Notes: generated from the sequence alone by a model not told the origin. Shown: positions 10,706 through 21,071, counted from the stretch's first letter. The stretch is DNA of 64,000 nt from a virus (IMGVR_UViG_3300046167_000032:1-64000), one strand, 5' to 3'. Program-made: numbers and translations.

Positions 10706-11776
10706 TTATGCTAAGTTGTATTTAGCAGTGACTAATGCTTCTGGACGAAGAATCTTGCGTCCATATAGATGCATGCCACGAACAATATCAGCAAATGAGT
10801 CTGGATCACGGTATGATTCAGTTTTGTTGATTTGTTCCGCAGTTGCAACCGCAGAGTCATGACCAGCACAGATAACACCGTAGTTAGTGTTCTGGTTAGC
10901 CGCACCTGTTGTAGATGCACCAGTACCTACTGATGGTAAGTTGTTTGAAACGTATACACGGAAACCGTGGAAGTTGTTCAAGACTAGACCATTCTTTAGG
11001 CCATCACCACCAAAGTCAGCATTTAATAGACGTGAATCTTCATCACGAAGCACTTCCATCATCACCGGGTCAATTACGATCCAACGACCTTGAGTGTCTA
11101 CGTTTTGAACGTCTAACAAACGGCTCATACGTGCCACCAACATAGCTGGTGAAACAGTAGCTGTAGGTAACGCAGTAGCTCCCGGCAGACGTGCTGCAAC
11201 TGGAATCGAGTGATCGCCAGCAGAAGTTGTTGTGATGTTACCAAATGAACCTTTGATAAGCTTGTTCGCTGCAAGTAGTTCGTCTGAACCAGCTGCTGAG
11301 TTAGCTTTAGTACCATTTACTACATTGTTTACCGCACCAGCATTTGCATGTAATGCAGACTGTTTGTAACCAGATAAGTAACCAAGAACATCTTGGTCAT
11401 ACTGATCAGCCAAACGATATGCCGCACGATCCGAAGCCAAGCTTTGGAAGTTTACATGTGAGTGCGCTTCTTCGATGTCATCAACTTTAAATGCAAAGTA
11501 GTTTGCTTTGTCGATTGTTAGTGAAAAATCGTTGTCTGAAAGGTCCTGTGTTGAGATAGTAGTACCACGTAGATACGCAGTTACTGAAATCTCAGGTTCT
11601 TTTATGATTTTTACTGAGTCGCCCATTTGAGCGATTTCTCCGAAATAGTCAGAGTTAGTGATAGCTTCACAGATAGCAGATTTGCGAAATGCAAGTTGCA
11701 CCTGTTTGCTGTAAATAACGGGCGAGAAGTTACCGTTTGGTAAGTTTGTGTAGCCCGAAGCCTTTCCAAATGCCAT
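10706..11776 (-). CDS. Major capsid protein
   Basis: 356 aa, P22/N4-coat-like motifs (FSPVIYSK, GDSVKI, DIVRGMHLYGRKILRPEAL), strong RBS, follows the scaffold gene. Confidence 0.9.
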   Translation of the reverse strand: MAFGKASGYTNLPNGNFSPVIYSKQVQLAFRKSAICEAITNSDYFGEIAQMGDSVKIIKEPEISVTAYLRGTTISTQDLSDNDFSLTIDKANYFAFKVDDIEEAHSHVNFQSLASDRAAYRLADQYDQDVLGYLSGYKQSALHANAGAVNNVVNGTKANSAAGSDELLAANKLIKGSFGNITTTSAGDHSIPVAARLPGATALPTATVSPAMLVARMSRLLDVQNVDTQGRWIVIDPVMMEVLRDEDSRLLNADFGGDGLKNGLVLNNFHGFRVYVSNNLPSVGTGASTTGAANQNTNYGVICAGHDSAVATAEQINKTESYRDPDSFADIVRGMHLYGRKILRPEALVTAKYNLA

Positions 11777-11799
11777 TTTAATTCTCCTTTAGCATTAGA

Positions 11800-11985
11800 T
11801 TACAGATGCAAACGACTATTCACTTATATAGAGGCTAAGTACTTGTAGGGTGCGTTACTATGAAAGTTGGCCTACCTTCAGTATAACGGGCCATAAGACA
11901 TTAGGTTGTCAAGAAGTATTTTGTTGTTTGCGTGGGTTTAGTCGTAGTGTGAGTAACCTGTGTCTTAGGGGTCACACTACTACAT
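11800..11985 (-). ncRNA. Candidate structured 5' leader RNA of capsid gene
   Basis: Several nested helices (see findings) between a promoter at about 12000 and the capsid RBS. Confidence 0.45.
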
Positions 11986-11993
11986 TGTACATA

Positions 11994-12023
11994 TAGTTAT
12001 ATCATAAATATATTATATGTCAA
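11994..12023 (-). promoter_or_regulatory. Promoter upstream of capsid leader
   Basis: TTGACA-N16-TATAACTA. Confidence 0.65.
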
Positions 12024-12028
12024 TAGCT

Positions 12029-12901
12029 TTATCGAGCATTGCCCGACATATCGTAAATAAACTTACCAGTACGAATGGCTTCCATAATAGCGTCAGAAGC
12101 TTTTTCATACTGTTGTGCTGTCATCTTATTCACTTGTGATTCTTTAAATACATTCTTAGAATCATCTGAATCAGGTGTAGCGTTACTACGACTGTTTACT
12201 GAACGTGCGGCATCTTTATTGTTGCTCGCAGGTTTCTTTGTTTGAATATTCATATCAGCTTTATACAAATCAATTGCACGTGCGGCTGATCGTGAGTCAC
12301 TAGCATTCTCATATAGAGCATCCTGTACCCACTTAGGTTGTTCATCTACCCAATTATGAAACGCATCATCATCTCTAATCTCACCAAAGTCAGGGTGTGC
12401 AGTCATTAACTCTACTTCAGCTTTCTTGCGTGCCGCATCAGCTTTCATTTCATCAATTTCTTTTACACGTTCTTCTAATCCAGCAGCTTGTTCTTTTGCT
12501 TTTTTGATTGCAATAGTTTCTACTATAGCCGCTACATCTGGGTATTGTTCTGCCCAAGCTTCAATGTCTCCATCAGACTTAGGTAGTTTAATTTCTTGTT
12601 TAGTTGAGTCTTCAAGTTGACGTTGTAACGTTTTAAACTTGTCATCCCAATCTTTTTCTTTGTCTTGCATATGTCGTCTAAGATCACCGTAGCGTTTCTT
12701 AAAACTTTTTTCTTCAGCATTAATAGGTTCAGCTTCAGCTACTTCCTCTGTAGCTTCTGTTGTTTCACCTTTTTGTTCAGCAATAAGTTGTTCGAGTTCT
12801 TCCTCTTCCATCTTACGCTTATCTTCATTAGAGTATTTACGATTTGCAAATGCAACTTTAGTTTCTGGCTTTACTTCTTCTGCCATTATTTTATCATTCA
12901 T
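12029..12901 (-). CDS. Capsid scaffolding protein
   Basis: Acidic coiled-coil with FKKRYGDLRRH motif, directly upstream of capsid gene. Confidence 0.8.
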   Translation of the reverse strand: MNDKIMAEEVKPETKVAFANRKYSNEDKRKMEEEELEQLIAEQKGETTEATEEVAEAEPINAEEKSFKKRYGDLRRHMQDKEKDWDDKFKTLQRQLEDSTKQEIKLPKSDGDIEAWAEQYPDVAAIVETIAIKKAKEQAAGLEERVKEIDEMKADAARKKAEVELMTAHPDFGEIRDDDAFHNWVDEQPKWVQDALYENASDSRSAARAIDLYKADMNIQTKKPASNNKDAARSVNSRSNATPDSDDSKNVFKESQVNKMTAQQYEKASDAIMEAIRTGKFIYDMSGNAR

Positions 12902-12979
12902 GTTTCAGTCTTTCATACTGGGGCCGCCGTAGCCTAGTGTTGGTAGGGGGATGGGTAGCCAGTTCAAATTTAGCAGAGG

Positions 12980-13189
12980 TTAAATAATTGGTGCTGCTAA
13001 TCCACGTCTTACAGGTGCTGTAGGTTGTTCTGTTTCTGGTGCACCTAAATCTAATAGTTCACTTCCTAGTATACTTATAATAGTTTGTCCTATAGGAGTT
13101 CTCATTAGTTCAATTATTTGTTGTTGATCTTCTTCTGCTAATGCATCAAACCTACTTGACACACTAAGTTTATATTCTTCAAAATCCAT
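12980..13189 (-). CDS. Hypothetical protein
   Basis: ORF in operon; start MDFEEYK abuts the upstream stop. Confidence 0.6.
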   Translation of the reverse strand: MDFEEYKLSVSSRFDALAEEDQQQIIELMRTPIGQTIISILGSELLDLGAPETEQPTAPVRRGLAAPII

Positions 13190-13190
13190 A

Positions 13191-16100
13191 TCATTTATTC
13201 CTAAACATTTTGTATGCACCTACTAAGTAACAGATTGGTTCTAATATAGCTCTATAGAAACGTCCTAACTTATCACGTTTTTTATTTTGCATCTCTGCTC
13301 TAAGGTCTGCAGTACGATGTCTCGCAATATTCTCTAGTGTTTTACGCACATACTTATAATCTTTTTGATATGCAAGTTCTACTAAAGGTAGGAATAATGT
13401 ATGGTATCCTACTTCATGTTCTTTTGTCAAGTTATTATTTGAGTATTTTAACCACACAGCCTGACGGTATGAACCAAAGCCATAAGACTCATTCATAGCA
13501 GTACATACTATTTTACTACTACTACTATTTCCTTTATTACCACTATCTTTATTGCTTTTTGTTTTTGTTACAGGTGCTGCTTTAGTTTCTTTCTTTGGGA
13601 ATGTACGAGTTAATACATTAGTTCCCGGTTGACTAGTCCATACTGCACCTGCCATATTAGGATCACCACCACTAGCATCTGTACCAATTTTAGCTTTAGC
13701 AGTTTTAGATAACTGATTCTTTTTAGCTGGTGTGACAGCAGTTTTCTTATTCGTACTTGCAATACTTGCTTCTTTGTCATTAAACTTACCAGCAGGTTTA
13801 TATTTATCAGCACCTTCAAATACTCTTTCGTAAACTGTAGATTTAACTACTGGTACATCATAATCATCATTTCTATAAACAACTCTATTTTCTGCATTGC
13901 GTAATGCAAACCCTTCTTTATCTGCATACACACCTTGTGATTTACCATCGGTAATAGCACCAACAGCATAACCATCTACTGCAGTACCACCCGTTGTTGC
14001 ATACCTTCTGTTTAAGTCAGCGGCTTGTGCTAAATTTGCGTCTGGTAAGTTTTGCCATGCTGTAGCTTGATTAGAATCACCAGCTTTATATGTTTGAGCA
14101 GGTGTAGATGTTTTAGAACCTAAACCACTTGGGCGCATCTTAGGTGTTGCTGATGTAATACTTAAAGGTATTTCTGAAGCATTAGTTCTAGCTGCACGAT
14201 CCGCATCTGTAGTATCTACTAATGAAAAATTAGTTCTAGCGGCTTTTTCATCCTCAGTGTTAATTTGTGGAAATGGGCTATATCCATCATCTGCTGTTAC
14301 TTGAGATGGGTCTGCGCCTCTTGGTGGTATAGGTGCTGTATAACCTTCACCATAGTTAGAAGCAGAACCACCACCAACAGTAGCTGTTGTCGGAAATACC
14401 TGAGAGTTTCTTTGTAAATCAGTAGGTGTATATGTACCTGCTCTGGGGTCTGAAGCAGTAAATGCAGGATTTGTAGCGTCTGTTGGGAAGTTATATACTT
14501 GATCTGGAAAAACATCAGGTTGTTGATCTGCTCTTGGTGGTAGCATATCGTTATTAAAAAATTTATTAGTGGCTTCTAAGTCTTGTGTGGGAGGTAATAA
14601 ACTATCTATATAATTATCTTTACGTGTTACACCCCTAGTTAAATTAAAAACATCTGTACCCATTATATTATCTGCAGTTGGTTTTTTACCAGCTAATTGA
14701 TTTTTAAGGGCTTCATTAACACTATTAGTTGGTAGTTGTGTAACTGGGAAAGTACTAGTTTCACTAGGGTCATTACTGGCATTTGTAAATGGTAAAGTAC
14801 TGGTTGCACTAGGATCACCGTATGCGTCAGTACGTATAGGTGGAGTTGGTCTATAACCATCATCTGCTGTTTGGGGTGGTGGTAAAAACCTATCTTTTTC
14901 ACTACTTGCTAGTGTGTAAGGATCAGGTGTAGATGTAACTATAGGAGCTTCTAATTGTTCTAAACCAGTTAACTCTGGTGTAATAATAGGCGTAGTAGTA
15001 CCTGTTGGTAGTTTAGCACCCACACCTGCTACAGATACTGTAGATGCACGTTTGGCTTGTTCTTCTGGTGACATATCTCTGTAAGTTGTAAGTGGAGTAC
15101 CTTGCAATGCTTTAACAGCACCTACTGGTGCAACATCAGCCATTGCTTCTCTAGCTAAGTCATAATCATCTGGAAGAACACCTCCAGTTGGTGCAAAGAC
15201 TGCATCTGATAAAGCTTGTCGTTGCTCTTCTGTGACATTGCCCCTTACTTTATTTGTAAGCATCTCTGTCATTTGTTGATCTGTAGTAGTTGCAGGTACA
15301 TCTTTCAATACGGATTCTACAGCATCTTGTACAGAAACAGTAAGTTCAGTAGCACCTGACGTTGGGTTTACTCTAAATATTGGAAGATCAGTACTTGTTT
15401 TCTTATCTACTTCAACACTAGTCTTTTTAGCAGCTTCAATCTCTTCTGGTGTTTTGCCTAATAAACCACCTATAAAATCTACTACACCACCAATTAATCC
15501 ACCAGAACCTTTTGCTAACAGACCAAGAACCTCTGTAAACTCACCCTTTAAATCCTTTCCAATAATACCAGAGGCTATTCGTTTATTAATAGTATCTTGT
15601 ATTTTTTTACTTTGATGTGACATAGCCATCATACCAAAAATACCTAAAGGTCCCATAAAACCCATTGCAACTTTTACAAGAGTACCCTTTGTACCCGTTT
15701 GATCTTGCGCAAGTTTTAACAACTCTTCATTACTAATATTATCATAATCAACAGGTTTAGGGGCTACTGCAACGTCAGTACGATCATCACTACCTCTTGA
15801 ACGTATTTCTTGCGTAGCGGCATTAGTATCTGCGACTATATCATCGGTTGGTGTAGTACCTGTACCTACAGAACCTTCACCTGTATACAAGAAGTACCCA
15901 TCTGGAATAGGGAATGTAGCTACACCACCTATGAATGGTATCATAATATTATTACCAGCTGCATTACGATATTCTTTGTATTCAATAGCAGCTTCACCCA
16001 TAAGTTTCTTGAAGTCTATTGTAGTACGTACAGGTTGTGTAATCTCTGGTGTGAGTCTACGAGTAGCTGTTGTAGTAGGTGCAACAGGTTGTCCACCAGT

Positions 16101-16529
16101 ATATACAGGTTCTTGTCCAGTACGTACAACATTTGTAGTACCAGTAGTTAAACCACCAACAGCCATGTTAAGTTCACCACCATCATCATCAGGTTCACCA
16201 CTAGCTACAATAATTAAATCATCCATACCAAAAGGTAAATCGTCTGGCATTGTAGCTTCATCACTATTACCCATTTGTCCCATAGCTTCCATTTTCTTTA
16301 GACCCATCTTAGCTTCTTGTCGTAAGTTCATAAGCTTCTCAAGCCCGTGGTATCTTGTAACCTCTTCAGATAGAATAAACTCACCTTTACTTACGTTAGC
16401 TTCAATATCATCACGAACACCTTCACGAGTTCCACCAATAGGAACTTCATTACCAGACTCTTCGTCAATCATACCGCCCTCATCTTTTAAGCCACCACGT
16501 GCGAATAGTTCCATTTGTTTTTCCATCAT
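13191..16529 (-). CDS. Large putative virion protein with Pro/Thr-rich middle
   Basis: 1112 aa between portal and scaffold; DDIEANVSKGEFIL motif; C-terminal KIVCTAM domain. Confidence 0.6.
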   Translation of the reverse strand: MMEKQMELFARGGLKDEGGMIDEESGNEVPIGGTREGVRDDIEANVSKGEFILSEEVTRYHGLEKLMNLRQEAKMGLKKMEAMGQMGNSDEATMPDDLPFGMDDLIIVASGEPDDDGGELNMAVGGLTTGTTNVVRTGQEPVYTGGQPVAPTTTATRRLTPEITQPVRTTIDFKKLMGEAAIEYKEYRNAAGNNIMIPFIGGVATFPIPDGYFLYTGEGSVGTGTTPTDDIVADTNAATQEIRSRGSDDRTDVAVAPKPVDYDNISNEELLKLAQDQTGTKGTLVKVAMGFMGPLGIFGMMAMSHQSKKIQDTINKRIASGIIGKDLKGEFTEVLGLLAKGSGGLIGGVVDFIGGLLGKTPEEIEAAKKTSVEVDKKTSTDLPIFRVNPTSGATELTVSVQDAVESVLKDVPATTTDQQMTEMLTNKVRGNVTEEQRQALSDAVFAPTGGVLPDDYDLAREAMADVAPVGAVKALQGTPLTTYRDMSPEEQAKRASTVSVAGVGAKLPTGTTTPIITPELTGLEQLEAPIVTSTPDPYTLASSEKDRFLPPPQTADDGYRPTPPIRTDAYGDPSATSTLPFTNASNDPSETSTFPVTQLPTNSVNEALKNQLAGKKPTADNIMGTDVFNLTRGVTRKDNYIDSLLPPTQDLEATNKFFNNDMLPPRADQQPDVFPDQVYNFPTDATNPAFTASDPRAGTYTPTDLQRNSQVFPTTATVGGGSASNYGEGYTAPIPPRGADPSQVTADDGYSPFPQINTEDEKAARTNFSLVDTTDADRAARTNASEIPLSITSATPKMRPSGLGSKTSTPAQTYKAGDSNQATAWQNLPDANLAQAADLNRRYATTGGTAVDGYAVGAITDGKSQGVYADKEGFALRNAENRVVYRNDDYDVPVVKSTVYERVFEGADKYKPAGKFNDKEASIASTNKKTAVTPAKKNQLSKTAKAKIGTDASGGDPNMAGAVWTSQPGTNVLTRTFPKKETKAAPVTKTKSNKDSGNKGNSSSSKIVCTAMNESYGFGSYRQAVWLKYSNNNLTKEHEVGYHTLFLPLVELAYQKDYKYVRKTLENIARHRTADLRAEMQNKKRDKLGRFYRAILEPICYLVGAYKMFRNK

Positions 16530-16540
16530 AGGATGTTTCC

Positions 16541-16759
16541 TTATTTGTGTTTTAATACTTCGTCACGTAATAATTTTATTCTACGTAATTGAAAGATCGC
16601 ACCTTGTGCTCGGTATATGATCTTATCATTGTCAGCTTGTTCCATAGTTCTGTGCTGTTGAGCTATTAGAGAATCTATATAACTATTGAACTGTTCCCAT
16701 TGCTGGTGGTTGCTGACCATTGCCTTGAGCTTGCTCAGGTGCTCCTTGTCCTTCTGCAT
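16541..16759 (-). CDS. Small protein downstream of portal
   Basis: IYRAQG motif typical of small genes following podovirus portals. Confidence 0.6.
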   Translation of the reverse strand: MQKDKEHLSKLKAMVSNHQQWEQFNSYIDSLIAQQHRTMEQADNDKIIYRAQGAIFQLRRIKLLRDEVLKHK

Positions 16760-18833
16760 TTCCGCTAAATCCTTGTTCTTGTGGTAGAGGTGCTTGTCCT
16801 GTACCTATGTTTCCACCACCTGCGCCTGTAGGGTCTGCTGGGTTAGCACCTGCTGGTGCACCTTGCTGATCTGTTGGCTGTTGTGGTTGTTGAAAACCTT
16901 TCATGAGTTCAGCTTGAATAGCTGCCTCGTCCATATTGTTAGTAACCTTATCTGGGTCTAACTCAAGAGACTTTGCAATCTCCCGTATAATATACTGAAA
17001 TTTTGCAAAAGGTGCAAGGGCTGGACTAGAAGAAATTTGCATAAACTGCATTAATCTTTGGCTACGTACTTCATTAGCCATCAAGCTTTCTGTACCACGA
17101 GCCTTAACCTCTAAATCACCTTTGATCTTAGGATCATAATCAAACTGCATATTGAATCTAAATAAGTTCTCACCTAGTGGACGCAATAGGTAGTCATCAA
17201 TATTCTTGATAACATTCTTAATGCCACCTTGTGCAGCACCCATTAACATACTAATACCAGAAGCGGTACGACCTACACCTGACACACCTGTCTGACCATG
17301 TGCGAAAGATGGAAATCCTGTAGACTCATCTGCAAGGACACGTGCCTTGTCAAAGAGTTGCAAGTTCTCCTGAGCAACATTAGGAAACTTAGTTCCAAAA
17401 ATGCTTTGTCCGGGTGCACCACCTTGGCGACGAAAGACTTTGCCGGGATACACGGACATATCCTGTCCCGGTACTAAGTTAGTTTCGTCTACCTCTATCA
17501 ACAAGTTTCCTGATAGTACAGCATTGTCTACAGCCATACGCATGAAACCATTCATTAGTGTTTGTGTATCATCCATGTTCTCAGCAATACCTACACCAAA
17601 GAAGCTGTAAGGATTGAGTTCGTATGGTACAGCCATGTAAGGGATACGTGCAGGTTTAAACGGATTCATAACCATGCGTAGTAGTTTACCATTACAAATC
17701 CATACATTAGCTTGTAACTCATCTACATTAGATAATTCATCTGGTATATCTACACCTTGCTCTATCAGCATTTCGACATCTACCATGCCCCAATACTCTA
17801 GTACTTCAAAGCGTTCAATACCATGCTCAGGTGCATAATCAGATAAATCATCTTCCCAATGTTCTTTACTATAGTTTTCACCTAGTGAGATAGCTTCATC
17901 AATTACAGATGAACGGAAGTGTGGTCTACGTTTAAGTGAACGTAACTGTGTCCTTGACATCTTATGACGTTCAATAACAAACTGTGCTTCATCCATATTA
18001 GTAGCATCAGGATCAGGATAAAAGTTCCATACTGATACGTGAGATACTTGTGGGATTGTTTTCATTACTGGTGAATACTCACCATCTTCATCCCAGTTAG
18101 GGTATTCTTTATCTACTGCGAATGGTCCTTTCATTACGCCAGTACCAAACAGTGCCATCTCAAATGCTGTACTACGTAAATGTTTACTAGCACTAGACTC
18201 TTCTAACTGATCATGTATTTTCTTTTGCATCATCTTAGCCGCTATCATAGCAGGGCTAAATGTAACAGATGTAGGAGTTTTACCTACACCCTCACGGACA
18301 TTATCAATCTCACCTAATTTATCTTTGAGTGGTCCAATACTATCAAGTAATGTTTTAGCAGTAGCACCTGCAGGTAAGTCTTTACCATCACCAGCAAAAC
18401 CATATGGGTTTACTTCTTCGTTTAGTTCTGACTCACGTAATTGCTCAGGTTCTTTAGGATCGAAGTGTACATCAGATACTACGCCTTCTGGTAGTTCGGT
18501 AGGATCAACTGTTAACGGAAACTTCTGCCCAGCAAATAGTACATCTACTATCTGACCATAAGCAGCAAGTGTCTTAGTTTTAGTTACTTTAATAAATACT
18601 CTTGACTTCTCAGCCTCAGTAAACTGTACATCAGGACTATATAAACCACGATAGTTACGATATGCTTGTAACCAACGTTGTTCATCTTGTTGTCTGTAGT
18701 CATCAGCACGATTGTACTTCTCCATAATAAATGGAATTATCTTTGCTGTATCTGCATCATCAACCGTAGAGTCATCAGTATCCTCTAGGATAATTGCATC
18801 ATCTTCGATAAAGCCTTCGTTTTCTTCTGCCAT
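16683..18833 (-). CDS. Portal protein
   Basis: 716 aa after terminase; P22-like portal motifs (RTASGISMLM), Gln-rich tail. Confidence 0.88.
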   Translation of the reverse strand: MAEENEGFIEDDAIILEDTDDSTVDDADTAKIIPFIMEKYNRADDYRQQDEQRWLQAYRNYRGLYSPDVQFTEAEKSRVFIKVTKTKTLAAYGQIVDVLFAGQKFPLTVDPTELPEGVVSDVHFDPKEPEQLRESELNEEVNPYGFAGDGKDLPAGATAKTLLDSIGPLKDKLGEIDNVREGVGKTPTSVTFSPAMIAAKMMQKKIHDQLEESSASKHLRSTAFEMALFGTGVMKGPFAVDKEYPNWDEDGEYSPVMKTIPQVSHVSVWNFYPDPDATNMDEAQFVIERHKMSRTQLRSLKRRPHFRSSVIDEAISLGENYSKEHWEDDLSDYAPEHGIERFEVLEYWGMVDVEMLIEQGVDIPDELSNVDELQANVWICNGKLLRMVMNPFKPARIPYMAVPYELNPYSFFGVGIAENMDDTQTLMNGFMRMAVDNAVLSGNLLIEVDETNLVPGQDMSVYPGKVFRRQGGAPGQSIFGTKFPNVAQENLQLFDKARVLADESTGFPSFAHGQTGVSGVGRTASGISMLMGAAQGGIKNVIKNIDDYLLRPLGENLFRFNMQFDYDPKIKGDLEVKARGTESLMANEVRSQRLMQFMQISSSPALAPFAKFQYIIREIAKSLELDPDKVTNNMDEAAIQAELMKGFQQPQQPTDQQGAPAGANPADPTGAGGGNIGTGQAPLPQEQGFSGNAEGQGAPEQAQGNGQQPPAMGTVQ

Positions 18834-18843
18834 TTATTTGTCC

Positions 18844-20424
18844 TTAATATCCAAACGTGGAATCTGCTACATTCATACCACCTGATGGTCGCCCATTTGG
18901 ATCATAATCAAATATGCTAAACCGTGGTCTTGACATGATACCATAACGTAATGCATCGTACAAGTGATCTTCTGAGGTAGTATCTATATCTTCTGGGTTT
19001 CTTTTGTCTATGGGTAACGCAGGTAATTGAGCTACCATGTTAGTACATGTATCAAAGAATACTAAGCGTGGTTCTTCGGTATATTCATCTACCTGTAACC
19101 TTCTATGTATCTCATTCTTACCTGCTACACGTGAACCTTTTGATCTATCTGATGGTCGCCATCTGCAACCTCTTTGAACCATTTGTTCTGCTAGGGAAGG
19201 TCCTGTATCACCACGCTTGTGCCATAGTGAGCTATCAAGTACTCCATACTTAATATTACCATCTCCAGCTTCTAAGTCAAGTACTTGATCAGCTAAATCT
19301 GCGGCTAATACTTTACTTACATATAACTCACGATATACTATTAGTTGTTCACTAGGTGATACCGCAAACCATACTACACCAGATTTACTACCATATCCAT
19401 AATCACACGCTCTAAACTTAACCCAGTTACTTGGTATATCGAATGGTTCAATTACGTGTTTAGTTCTATCGAACTCAGTAAACGCTGCACCTTCTTTGAT
19501 ATCCCAATCACCTTCTAGTAATTGTCTTCTTTGCTGTTCTGGTAGTGATAGAAGCATTGCTTCGTAATCACCTTGTTCAGCTAAGTATGGATTATCTGAT
19601 AATCTTGCAGGTATAAATTTACGTTTGAATAAAGCTTTACCAGCTTTCTCGTGACCTGCAGGGTATCTTAATACTTCAGTTGTTTCAATATCAGTAGCAT
19701 CAAATGATTTATTATGAGGTGCTGGATCAATAAACATCTTCTTAACCCAATGATGACCTCTACCACCGGGGTTAGTCGTAGCCCTCATGTATACAGGTAA
19801 ATCACTTGCAGTAGATCGTAAACGTGAGCGCATGTAGTTCCAAGCAAATGGTGTAGGCCACTGTGTAAGTTCGTCAAAGCCTATCCAACTAAATGCTAAA
19901 CCTTGGTATCTTAATACATCATCCTCTTTATCTAGGTATGACATCCACAGTCTTGCACCTGATGGTGCTGTCCATTGCATCTTACGTTCTGACCATTTGA
20001 TACCCGGCCATATTTTAGGATACATTTCTTGAGACTTAAATATAAGTTCTCTTAGTTCTTCTGTAGTATGTCTTAGTAGCAACCCTGAGAATGATGGGTG
20101 TCCCATGAAACGTAGTGGATCAGCTAACATAGCATATGATTTACCACCACCAGCACTGCCACCATATAGTACTTCACGTTCACCTGCGGCAAGGAAGTCA
20201 GTCTGTGGTCCAGCATTAGGTTTAAATATTACATTATGCTGTTCTTCAACTTTAGCTAAATCATGATCAACTAAAACTTTAGGCGGCTCTGGTTTCTTCT
20301 GTGTCTTCTTTTTCTTTTGCACCGAGTCTTGTGCGCTCGATTTCTTCCGCTTTGGCGATTGCCTTTTTCGCATAGTCTGCCCATCTGCGAAGGCTTCCAG
20401 CTTTGTTTTTTCTTTGTCGCTCAT
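18844..20424 (-). CDS. terL: Terminase large subunit
   Basis: Walker A YGGSAGGGKS, Walker B WIGFDE, TTNPGG coupling motif, nuclease DYG...DHLYDALRY. Confidence 0.95.
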   Translation of the reverse strand: MSDKEKTKLEAFADGQTMRKRQSPKRKKSSAQDSVQKKKKTQKKPEPPKVLVDHDLAKVEEQHNVIFKPNAGPQTDFLAAGEREVLYGGSAGGGKSYAMLADPLRFMGHPSFSGLLLRHTTEELRELIFKSQEMYPKIWPGIKWSERKMQWTAPSGARLWMSYLDKEDDVLRYQGLAFSWIGFDELTQWPTPFAWNYMRSRLRSTASDLPVYMRATTNPGGRGHHWVKKMFIDPAPHNKSFDATDIETTEVLRYPAGHEKAGKALFKRKFIPARLSDNPYLAEQGDYEAMLLSLPEQQRRQLLEGDWDIKEGAAFTEFDRTKHVIEPFDIPSNWVKFRACDYGYGSKSGVVWFAVSPSEQLIVYRELYVSKVLAADLADQVLDLEAGDGNIKYGVLDSSLWHKRGDTGPSLAEQMVQRGCRWRPSDRSKGSRVAGKNEIHRRLQVDEYTEEPRLVFFDTCTNMVAQLPALPIDKRNPEDIDTTSEDHLYDALRYGIMSRPRFSIFDYDPNGRPSGGMNVADSTFGY

Positions 20425-20707
20425 TATCTAACCGTTTCTTTAAACCTACATGAGAAATAGTTCTACCAGTATTTCTAGTCAACCAGTTAGCAACTTCTCG
20501 ATATGAATACTGTTTTAAGTATTTCTGTGCTTGCTCAAGCATATCAAGTTCTGCACTGATTGGCAAGAGTATTCCTTTATCTTTTGGGTCTAATTCATAA
20601 CCAAAGGGAATTGTTCTTGCTACACGTGGGATTGCTACCCATCTACTATTTTCTTTAAGGTCTGTCGGTTGCGGTAATTTCCATTTACCTAATGGTTTAG
20701 TCATCAT
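20279..20707 (-). CDS. Putative DNA-binding protein (recombinase-type PFGY...HTH)
   Basis: RTIPFGYEL and YSYREVANWL motifs. Confidence 0.55.
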   Translation of the reverse strand: MMTKPLGKWKLPQPTDLKENSRWVAIPRVARTIPFGYELDPKDKGILLPISAELDMLEQAQKYLKQYSYREVANWLTRNTGRTISHVGLKKRLDNERQRKNKAGSLRRWADYAKKAIAKAEEIERTRLGAKEKEDTEETRAA

Positions 20708-21071
20708 CTTCCTGTGCTTTTTTAGCTGGCATCAACATAACACCACCCTTAGCTTCTACTTGCATCTTCTCAGTTTTAACTAAGCCAGTACGATCAAGTA
20801 GTTCTTTTGCTGCAGTCATCTTATCACGTATACCTAACTCAGTAGGATCGTATAGTGCACCTACCATAGCCATAGCCGCTTTAGGTACATTACGTGCTAA
20901 GTAGCTGTGAGTAACATCAATGATTTCTTCTTTGAGACTATTCGTTATTTCTGTGTTAGAAGTATTAGCTGAATAACCTGCAATGATCTTAGCACTGGTA
21001 ATATCTCCACCAGCTTCATCCATAAGGACTGCTAAGAACTTCTTCTGTCTATCTGTTAACTCACGTGCCAT
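20697..21071 (-). CDS. Terminase small subunit-like protein
   Basis: LTDRQKKFL...AKIIAGYS N-terminus, AAKELLDR motif, upstream of terL. Confidence 0.65.
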   Translation of the reverse strand: MARELTDRQKKFLAVLMDEAGGDITSAKIIAGYSANTSNTEITNSLKEEIIDVTHSYLARNVPKAAMAMVGALYDPTELGIRDKMTAAKELLDRTGLVKTEKMQVEAKGGVMLMPAKKAQEDDD

